Position numbers and translations under genes: made by a program. A stretch of DNA of 64,000 bases, taken from contig CAWBOC010000005.1 of assembly GCA_963790305.1 (NCBI GenBank), forward strand, positions 288,001 through 352,000. Direction: 5' to 3'. Shown piece after piece: positions 20,323-27,863 of this stretch. The stretch comes from an uncultured Gemmatimonadaceae bacterium (lineage in GTDB: Bacteria; Gemmatimonadota; Gemmatimonadetes; Gemmatimonadales; Gemmatimonadaceae). The first letter of the stretch is position 1. Each line of letters opens with the position of its first letter. The notes below the pieces were generated by a model. It was given only the letters and a program-made list of their open reading frames with translations, searched no databases and had not been told where the DNA came from.

Positions 20323-21561
20323 ATGTCGGTACCATTGATTGCCAACGCGCCCTCAACACAGGAACGTCTCAGAGCACTCGAGGCGGCTACCTCAGCGCTC
20401 ATCACCGAGGTCTCTCTCGACGGGGTGCTCCGGCGCGTAGTGCATGTGGCCGCGCAAGTGATCGGGGCACGGTACGCGGCGATCGGGGTTGTCGGGCCCG
20501 ACGGGAAGACCCTGGAGAGCTTCACGGTTCACGGCATCGACCCGGAGCTCGAGCAAAGAATGGGACCGCCACCGCACGGCCACGGCGTCCTTGGCCTCGT
20601 CATGCGAGAAGGCCGTCCAATCCGGTTGTCGGACCTGACCACGCACCCCGACTCCTATGGCTATCCGCCGCATCACCCGCCGATGCACTCGTTCCTCGGC
20701 GTTCCGATACTTGGAAGCCGGGGGGGCTTCGGCACCCTCTACCTGACGGAGAAGATCGGAGGCGAGGCGTTCACCGAGGAGGACGAGGACATCGCGATTC
20801 TTCTCGCCGCCAAGACCGCCGCCGCCGTCGAGAACGCGCGTCACCACGAGGAGAGCGCACGGCTACTGGAGGAGGTGCAGCAACTCCATCGCGCTCGGGA
20901 GCGGTTCTTCGCGATGGTCAACCACGAGCTCCGGAATGCACTGGCGGCGGTCCACGGCTGGTCGGAGATGCTGGTGCGGAAACGGGATCCCGCAACGGTT
21001 CCCCGCGCCGCCTTCGAAGTTCTGGACTCAGCGCAGTACGCGGTCACGCTGATCAACGACCTCCTGGACTTGAGCCGCCTGGACGAGGATCGCCTGCAGC
21101 CGGTCATCAGAGCAGTCGATGCCACCTCGATCGCCCGCCGCGCGATAAGCCTCGTCACTCCTGCGGCTGAGCGGAAACAGGTCACGCTTCAACTGGCGGC
21201 CGACGCCGAGTTGCCGAACTGTGAAACGGACGCGAGCCGGGTTGAGCAGATCCTGGTCAATCTGCTCGGCAATGCCATCAAATATGCCCCGGAGCGCAGC
21301 ACGGTCCGGGTCGGCGTCACGGCGCGCGACCGGCGAGTCGTATACACCGTGGAGGATGCGGGCCCTGGCGTGGCAGCGGATGATGTCGAACGGGTCTTCG
21401 ACATCTATGTGACCAAGGTGGGCGAAGAAAGTCGCGGCCTCGGCCTCGGCCTACCCCTCTCGCGTCGGCTCGCAAGGCTGCTCGGAGGTGAGCTCCACGC
21501 AGTTGCCCTTCCCGGAAAGGGCGGCTGCTTCGTTCTGGAGGTCCCCGCCAGTGAGAGATGA
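20323..21561 (+). CDS. Soluble GAF sensor histidine kinase (DosS/DevS-like GAF + HisKA + HATPase)
   Basis: GAF HPDSYGYPPHHPPMHSFLGVP...FGTLYLT; H-box NHELRN; N-box NLLGNAIKY; DAGPG and GLGLGL. Confidence 0.92.
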   Translation: MSVPLIANAPSTQERLRALEAATSALITEVSLDGVLRRVVHVAAQVIGARYAAIGVVGPDGKTLESFTVHGIDPELEQRMGPPPHGHGVLGLVMREGRPIRLSDLTTHPDSYGYPPHHPPMHSFLGVPILGSRGGFGTLYLTEKIGGEAFTEEDEDIAILLAAKTAAAVENARHHEESARLLEEVQQLHRARERFFAMVNHELRNALAAVHGWSEMLVRKRDPATVPRAAFEVLDSAQYAVTLINDLLDLSRLDEDRLQPVIRAVDATSIARRAISLVTPAAERKQVTLQLAADAELPNCETDASRVEQILVNLLGNAIKYAPERSTVRVGVTARDRRVVYTVEDAGPGVAADDVERVFDIYVTKVGEESRGLGLGLPLSRRLARLLGGELHAVALPGKGGCFVLEVPASER

Positions 21562-21618
21562 AGAGATCTTCACGTCAATTTCCGGAGGGACTCAGCATCA
21601 CGGAGTAGATATCGAGCC

Positions 21619-22329
21619 ATGAGAGTTCTTGTCGTCGAAGACGATCGCAAGGTTGCCGGATTCATCGAGCACGGATTGCGGGAGGAGGGATACGCCGTAG
21701 ATCTGGCCCGCGATGGGGACGAGGCCACGATGCTGGCGCACGTCAACGAATACGACGTCATTCTGCTCGACGTCGTGCTTCCGAAGAAGAACGGGTTCCA
21801 GATCGCCGCAGAGCTCCGACGCGAAGGGCGGACGACCCCGATCCTGATGCTCACCTCCCGCGATGCCGCCGAGGACGTGGTGCGTGGGTTGGACGCGGGC
21901 GCGGATGACTATCTGGCCAAGCCATTTCCGTTCGACGTACTGCTGGCCCGAATCCGGGCGCTGTATCGTCGTGGCGGGGCGGAGCGGCTCGACGTGTTGC
22001 AGTATGGCGCAGTGGCCCTTGACCGGCTGCGCCACGTCGCCACGGTCAACGACCGCCAACTGGATCTCACGCCAAAGGAGTTTCAGCTTCTCGAGTTCTT
22101 CCTCTTGCATTCCGAGGAGGTGGTCCGTCGCACGACGCTTCTCGAGAAGGTGTGGGAGATGCAGTTCGATCCCGAGAGCAACGTCGTGGATGTTCACGTC
22201 GGGAATTTGCGACGGAAGCTGACGGCGGCAGCCGGTGAGCAGTTGCTCTCGACCGTCCGTGGAGTGGGTTTCACGCTCCGCCGCATCGACCAAAGAAGTC
22301 TTCGAGAAACCTTCACGCGTCCTTCATGA
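21619..22329 (+). CDS. OmpR/PhoB-family response regulator
   Basis: VVEDD, LLDVVLP and GADDYLAKPF receiver motifs; winged helix LTPKEF...SNVVDVHV..LRRKL...TVRGVGF. Confidence 0.95.
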   Translation: MRVLVVEDDRKVAGFIEHGLREEGYAVDLARDGDEATMLAHVNEYDVILLDVVLPKKNGFQIAAELRREGRTTPILMLTSRDAAEDVVRGLDAGADDYLAKPFPFDVLLARIRALYRRGGAERLDVLQYGAVALDRLRHVATVNDRQLDLTPKEFQLLEFFLLHSEEVVRRTTLLEKVWEMQFDPESNVVDVHVGNLRRKLTAAAGEQLLSTVRGVGFTLRRIDQRSLRETFTRPS

Positions 22330-22344
22330 CCGGTTGGCTAACGT
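22300..22344 (+). promoter_or_regulatory. Putative OmpR-family direct-repeat box plus -10 element for the DUF2934-gap operon
   Basis: CTTCG-N6-CTTCA-N6-CTTCA-N12-TAACGT, overlapping the 3' end of the regulator gene. Confidence 0.6.
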
Positions 22345-22447
22345 TCACTCGACCCTTCCGAGACATGAGGACGCGGCTCTTGTGATTCGATGGAGTCCTC
22401 ACGATCCCGGACGCAGCAACCACCACCGGATTTGAGGAGATGCACGC

Positions 22448-22747
22448 ATGGCGAAGCATGAGAGGGAGGTCCCCCTGCATGGGACATTGAGCGGTACGGA
22501 GGGCACGCAACTCGCCGACAGATCCGCAAACGAGCATGACAGCCATGACTCGACGGCCGATCGGGTCCGGATGCGAGCGTACGAGCTCTACCTCGAACGG
22601 GGGACCGATCCGGACAATCCATTGGAAGACTGGCTGCAGGCGGAGCGCGAATTCGAGGGCGCGCCTGACGAGGAGACAGACACTCTGGAATTCGTCGCAC
22701 CTCGAGGAGGATTGCCGGGCGGAGGGCCACCGCATGCGAGACTCTGA
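22448..22747 (+). CDS. DUF2934-domain small protein
   Basis: RVRMRAYELYLERG......EDWLQAERE motif; GAGGAG RBS. Confidence 0.82.
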   Translation: MAKHEREVPLHGTLSGTEGTQLADRSANEHDSHDSTADRVRMRAYELYLERGTDPDNPLEDWLQAEREFEGAPDEETDTLEFVAPRGGLPGGGPPHARL

Positions 22748-22770
22748 CGTGAAACGCGGGAGGACGTAGA

Positions 22771-23786
22771 ATGACTACCAGGGTTGCCATCAACGGGCTT
22801 GGACGGATCGGTCGGTCTCTCCTGAAGCTCGTGATCGATCATCCGGGATTCGAGCTGGTCGCCGTCAATGACCTCATAGGCGCGGAGAACCTTGCGTACC
22901 TCCTTCGCCTGGATACGGTGTACGGTCGCTACGGAAAGTCGGTTCTGACCAAGGAGGGTGAGCTGGTCATTGACGGCCGGCTCCTCCGAACGCTCAGCAG
23001 TCCGGGATCCGTTGGAGCTTCCCGTGGAAGGAATTGGGCGTTGAGCTGGTGTTCGAGTGCACCGGTGCGCTGACACAAGAAGAAGATCTCGAGAAGCACC
23101 TTCGCGCGGGGGCGCGGGTCGTTCTCCTTTCGGCACCAGCGAGCGGAGGAGACGTGGAGACCATTGTCTACGGTGCGAACGAAGCCACCGGCGCATCATC
23201 CATCATTTCTTGCGCAAGCTGCACGACCAACTGTATCACGCCGATCGTCGAGGTGATCGGCCGCCGCATCGGGTTTACGAAAGCTGCGATGACGACGGTG
23301 CACGCCTATACGTCGTCTCAGTCGATCGTCGATGGCCCAAGCAAGCGCTTTCGTCGCGGCCGCGCCGGCGCGGCCAATCTCGTCCCGGCTACCACCGGCG
23401 CCGCGCGCGCGACGACACGGGCATTGCCCGAGTATGCCGGACTGTTCGATGGGATCGCCATCCGGGCCCCAGTTCCCGTCGGCTCCATTGCGGACCTTAC
23501 GTTCGTGACCGCTCGAAAGACAACGACCGAGGAGGTGAACCAGGTCCTGACGGAGGAATCCGAGACTGATCGCTACGCTGGCGTGCTCGGCGTCTCGCAG
23601 GATCCGCTGGTCAGCTCGGACGTTATCGGCGACCCGCGCGCGTCCATTATCGATCTCGACCTTACCCGAGTGATCGACGGAGATTTGGTCAAGGTCATGA
23701 GCTGGTACGACAACGAGTGGGGCTACGCCAATCAGATGCTTCGGCAAGCGGTGTCCATGATGCGCGCAGACGCGATCGCCGCGTAG
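22771..23786 (+). pseudogene. gap: Type I glyceraldehyde-3-phosphate dehydrogenase with two apparent +1 frameshifts (~23002, ~23022)
   Basis: INGLGRIGR N-terminus; ASCTTNC active site and WYDNEWGY in another frame. Removing two extra C bases restores ...RDPLELPWKELGVELVFECTG. Confidence 0.88.
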
Positions 23787-24083
23787 AGAGCGGCTGGAGT
23801 GGATGCGGTGCGCGGCAATGTCGCCGCGGGAACTTGTGAGGCGCCTCACGCGTTGACCATACGAGGGCGTCTCTGAGCCTTCGATTCGCGACGCAGTCGA
23901 TTTCTCCGATGTCGCCGCGCGCACGCCCAAAGCGGTTTCTGCTTCCGAGGATTGTGCATGATCGCATTCCCAGTCTTGTCACTCGCTGCTCGTCGCCGCG
24001 GAGGCCACGGCAGCACGGCGCGCACGTTGGCGGGTGCGTACCGCGCCCGCGGCATCGGTCACGATCCTCCATGAGCGCAGGGT

Positions 24084-24176
24084 TCGCGTAGGCCATCTCC
24101 TCTCTGGAGATGGCCAGTAAGGCACACGCGATGACCGCCCCACCTGCGCTGTATGCCAGGTGGGGCGGTTTTCATC
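24084..24176 (+). promoter_or_regulatory. Structured 5' leader with terminator-like hairpin upstream of the DksA/TraR gene
   Basis: Stem TCGCGT/ACGCGA encloses a perfect 10-bp hairpin (24091-24115). A 13-bp hairpin (24134-24169) then runs into TTTT. Confidence 0.5.
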
Positions 24177-24233
24177 ACAGGCGCCACTGCGAAGGGCGAC
24201 CGCGTAAACCTCATGTCCAAGCAGGAGATCACT

Positions 24234-24575
24234 ATGCCTCGCCAACAAATTCTATCCCGCCGCCAGCTGCGTGAGCTGGAAGCGGAGCTCCTCAGCGAGC
24301 GCAAGCGGCTCGAGCGGTCCATGGATGTCGACACGTACATGGATGAATCGCTGTGGAACGGCGATGTCGGCATTACGACGCTGACAGACGGCGGCGTGGG
24401 TGGCGGAGTTCAGACTCAGACTCACGCACGCTACGACGCGATCGTCAACGCGCTCGATCGACTCGCGACAGGAAGCTATGGCACGTGCGCGGGATGCGAC
24501 CGTCCCATTTCATACGGGCGGCTCATCGTGATGCCCGAAGTGCGGCACTGCATCGCGTGCGGCTCGCGACCCTGA
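24234..24575 (+). CDS. TraR/DksA C4-type zinc finger protein
   Basis: ALDRL..GSYGTCAGCDRPISYGRL..MPEVRHCIAC; AGGAG RBS before ATG 24234. Confidence 0.88.
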   Translation: MPRQQILSRRQLRELEAELLSERKRLERSMDVDTYMDESLWNGDVGITTLTDGGVGGGVQTQTHARYDAIVNALDRLATGSYGTCAGCDRPISYGRLIVMPEVRHCIACGSRP

Positions 24576-24611
24576 GTCGCACTCCTTTCTCATCAACTCG
24601 CTGAGGTTCAT

Positions 24612-25532
24612 ATGACCACACAACTCGCACCACACCGCCTGGATCTGCCGCCGCCGTCGCAATTGGATCTTGTCGACATGGATCGCGTGGTCGGCTGGAT
24701 CGACGGAAGTCGTGTGGGGTTTCTCGGCTTCGCCGATGAGCAAGAGACCGCCAGCGCTGCGTGGTTGGCGTATCGAACGATCTCACGCCGGTTGGCGCGT
24801 CGGCTCGGCATACGGCCGATTCCCATTGACACCGAGCCGCTGGCGCTTGCTCAGGAAGAGAATCACGAGGTGATTCTCGCCAGCGGGCGTCCCATCGCGA
24901 CGTTGCTGCGGCCTGGCAGCGATTCGCGAAGCGGACCTCACGCGTTCGGCTTCACAGTGAACCTGCCGTCTCCTCTCGACGCGCTGACGGTCCGCTCGAC
25001 GGCGTATGCGCTCTATCGAACGCTGCGGAAGTCCGGACTTCGGTGGGCGCTGTGGATCCGCGAACCAAGCTCAGTTCCCGCAAGACCCCCTTCTCCCGCT
25101 AAGGAGGCCGTCGTGTCACGTCCACGCAATTACGTGAGCGCCGTTCCGGCGCCTCAGCCGGCTATCACGGTCGTCACGGCAACCGTGATGGCGGCCCTCG
25201 CACTCGTCACGATGGTCGTCCTTTTCGTGACCGCCACTGCGGCAGTGACTGTGCCGATCGGCCTCGTGCTGGCCATGGGCGCAGTGGCCACGACCGGCCT
25301 CATGGGGAGAGAGCGTCGAAAGAGGAACGCTCGAGGAGGGAGCAGCCGGCCTAACGTGCGTCGTGCGACCCCCGAATCGCCCGATGTGCCCGGCTGGGAC
25401 GAGCTCGGCGTTCTGAGCGCCGTCATTCTGGTGATGGCCTTCCTCGTCCCGCCGGCACTCGGCCTGGGATTCCTCGCCGTCGGGTTTGCCGGGCTGCTCG
25501 TCTTTCGCCTCGCCGTGATGTACCGGCGATGA
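24612..25532 (+). CDS. Hypothetical membrane protein (soluble N-terminal domain, about 4 C-terminal TM helices)
   Basis: GAGG RBS; long ORF with hydrophobic C-terminal segments; no family recognised. Confidence 0.65.
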   Translation: MTTQLAPHRLDLPPPSQLDLVDMDRVVGWIDGSRVGFLGFADEQETASAAWLAYRTISRRLARRLGIRPIPIDTEPLALAQEENHEVILASGRPIATLLRPGSDSRSGPHAFGFTVNLPSPLDALTVRSTAYALYRTLRKSGLRWALWIREPSSVPARPPSPAKEAVVSRPRNYVSAVPAPQPAITVVTATVMAALALVTMVVLFVTATAAVTVPIGLVLAMGAVATTGLMGRERRKRNARGGSSRPNVRRATPESPDVPGWDELGVLSAVILVMAFLVPPALGLGFLAVGFAGLLVFRLAVMYRR

Positions 25533-25582
25533 CGAGCGTGCTGGAGCTCGACAGTGAGACGTGATTCACCATTTCCCTAACG

Positions 25583-25792
25583 ATGGATGGCGCGATGATC
25601 AACCGTCACGAACGACTCGGAGCACCCCCAGCGACGCGGCAACAGTCTTCCCTGTCCGTGCAGGAGCTTCTGCGTGATGACGTCTTCGAGTCATCGGCGG
25701 AGAGCTTTCCGGCTAGCGATCCACCCTCGTGGTCTGGGATGCGCCTCGGACCGCCCGATCGTTTCACAGGCGTGCTGACGACGGTGAGCTAA
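25583..25792 (+). CDS. Small hypothetical protein with ESFPASDPP motif
   Basis: DDVFESSAESFPASDPPSW; stop overlaps the trpS start (TAATG). Confidence 0.65.
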   Translation: MDGAMINRHERLGAPPATRQQSSLSVQELLRDDVFESSAESFPASDPPSWSGMRLGPPDRFTGVLTTVS

Positions 25793-26934
25793 TGCCCACG
25801 AGCTCCGCGCCCCGCCTTTTGCCCGCGGCGTCGGCGACACTCGCCGATCCGCGGCGCTCCCAGGATCGCGCAGAGTCGCGCACGTCGGCTGGGACCGACT
25901 TTCACGGGCTCGTACCCGCACCCCGGCGCGTTTTCTCCGGAATTCAGCCAACCGGAAAGCTGCATCTCGGCAACTACGTCGCGGCGATAAGTCCCTGGGT
26001 CGCTGCGCAGAACGGGAGTGAAATGACCTTGTGTATTGCCGATCTGCACGCGCTGACGACGCCCGAGGCAGCTCGGCATGCCCCACCCCGGAGCAACGTC
26101 CGCGAGACCGCCGCGATCTTGCTCGCCTGCGGCATAGACCCAGTTTCCGCCACGCTATTCGTGCAGTCGCATGTGGCGGCACACGCAGAGCTAGCCTGGC
26201 TTCTCCTCTGCGTGACACCCGTCGGCTGGCTGGAGCGGATGACTCAGTTCAAAACGCGAGCTGGCTATCTCGAGACTCTCGGAACCGGCCTGCTCGCCTA
26301 TCCGGTGCTTCAGGCTGCGGACATTCTGCTTTACCGAGCCCACTTCGTCCCGGTCGGCGAAGACCAGGAGCAGCATATCGAGCTCACCCGTGAAATCGCG
26401 CGGCGTTTCCACTCTCTCTTCGGTCATGTCTTCACGCTTCCGTACGCGGTCGTCGTACCGAGCGGCGCGCGTCTCATGGGACTCGATGATCCCGGTGCAA
26501 AGATGAGCAAGAGCATCGCGGCGGTGCGGAAGGGCCATGCGATCGGCCTCGTTGATCCTCCCGACGAGATCCGCGACGCCGTCATGCACGCGGTCACGGA
26601 CTCCGGTCGCGAGGTGCGACCGGGAGAAACCTCCCCCGGGGTGACCAACCTGCTGACGATCTATCAAACACTCTCCGGTCTCGACGAGACCGCAGTAAAC
26701 GCCGAGTTTGCCGGAAAGGGGTACGTGATCCTCAAGCGCGCCGTCGCGGATCTCACGATCGCGAAGCTCGCCCCGATCCGAGCGCGATACCATGAGCTCG
26801 CTGGAATACCCGACGCTGTCGATGCCGCTCTGGCAGCGGGAGCCGACCGCGCGCGCCTTGCCGCAGCGCCAACGCTGGATCGAGTCAAACTCCTGATCGG
26901 TCTGAGCGGGGGCCCGAAGCGTCGCGCGCCTTGA
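25792..26934 (+). CDS. trpS: Tryptophanyl-tRNA synthetase
   Basis: FSGIQPTGKLHLGNY, ADLHALT, YPVLQAADIL, VPVGEDQ and KMSKS. Confidence 0.95.
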   Translation: MPTSSAPRLLPAASATLADPRRSQDRAESRTSAGTDFHGLVPAPRRVFSGIQPTGKLHLGNYVAAISPWVAAQNGSEMTLCIADLHALTTPEAARHAPPRSNVRETAAILLACGIDPVSATLFVQSHVAAHAELAWLLLCVTPVGWLERMTQFKTRAGYLETLGTGLLAYPVLQAADILLYRAHFVPVGEDQEQHIELTREIARRFHSLFGHVFTLPYAVVVPSGARLMGLDDPGAKMSKSIAAVRKGHAIGLVDPPDEIRDAVMHAVTDSGREVRPGETSPGVTNLLTIYQTLSGLDETAVNAEFAGKGYVILKRAVADLTIAKLAPIRARYHELAGIPDAVDAALAAGADRARLAAAPTLDRVKLLIGLSGGPKRRAP

Positions 26935-27057
26935 TGCGCGGAGCGAAGAAAGGCGATACTCGCGCACTTCGGTCCTCGCCCTAACGAGGCCGAGCTTCTG
27001 CGGGAGTGCGTCACGCACTCCCGCAGTCTGGAGCTGCCCAGAGTCGTTCGTCGCCGG

Positions 27058-27624
27058 TCAGCCGTCCTGTCTGACGAACTGCACCTCGCCTTCAATGCGA
27101 ACTTTGTTGGCGACCAGCACCCCGCCGGTCTCGATCGCCTGATTCCACTTGAGCCCCCACTCCCGCCGGTCGATCTCCGTCCGAAAGCTGAAGCCCGCGC
27201 GCGTCTTCCCCCACGGGTCGGTCCCCCGCCCTTGGTACTCGCAATCGAGCACCACTTCCATCGAGCTGTCGCGGATGACCAGATCGCCGACGACACGGAA
27301 GCGGTCACCCTCCTCCTTCGGCGGGTTCTCTACCCGCGTACTCCGAAAAGTGATCTGCGGAAAGCGCTCTCCATCGAAGAAATCCGTCGCGCGAAGGTGC
27401 GCGTCGCGGTCAGCGACGCCCGTGTCGATGCTCGCCACGTCAATGGTGGCCTCGACGCCGGCATCATCTGGGTGATCCCGGTCGCCGGTGAGCGTTGCCT
27501 TCAGGTCTTTGAAGCGGCCACGCACGGTGGTCATCATCATGTGCTTCACCGAGAACTCGACGCTTGAATGCGTTGGATCAAGCTGCCAGGTGGTCGTCCC
27601 GGTCTGTACCGCTGTGGCTGCCAT
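27058..27624 (-). CDS. YceI-family polyisoprenoid-binding protein
   Basis: WQLDPTHSSVEFSVKHMM..VRGRF, RDAHLR..DFF and DPWG. Confidence 0.92.
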   Translation of the reverse strand: MAATAVQTGTTTWQLDPTHSSVEFSVKHMMMTTVRGRFKDLKATLTGDRDHPDDAGVEATIDVASIDTGVADRDAHLRATDFFDGERFPQITFRSTRVENPPKEEGDRFRVVGDLVIRDSSMEVVLDCEYQGRGTDPWGKTRAGFSFRTEIDRREWGLKWNQAIETGGVLVANKVRIEGEVQFVRQDG

Positions 27625-27863
27625 AGCTTCTTCTCCTGTTTCCGGTCGCAGTTCCGGCGCGATGATCGCGCAGGAATGGTTGAATGGCGAGCGAAGGGCG
27701 TGCCAGGGAGGTCAACAGGCACAGGCGCGACGGTCACGAGAGCCCGAGGAATGCCATCAGCGCCAATGACCACGAATCGGTCTTGAGGCGCACCCCGGAA
27801 GTTGATGCGCGCAGCAATCAGGTTCGGGGGGTGAATGGGCCATCGCGAGGCGTAAATTGGGCC

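Noticed and set aside
21559..21583. Third CTTCA box between the kinase and regulator genes
   Set aside because: Only one good repeat and no -10 element at the 12-nt spacing.
22998..23036. Programmed ribosomal frameshifting in gap and the other split genes
   Set aside because: No slippery heptamers. The same single-base-insertion pattern recurs in unrelated genes, which fits sequencing error better.
25583..25792. Trp attenuator leader peptide or T-box upstream of trpS
   Set aside because: Only one Trp codon, no terminator between the ORF and trpS, and no T-box consensus seen.
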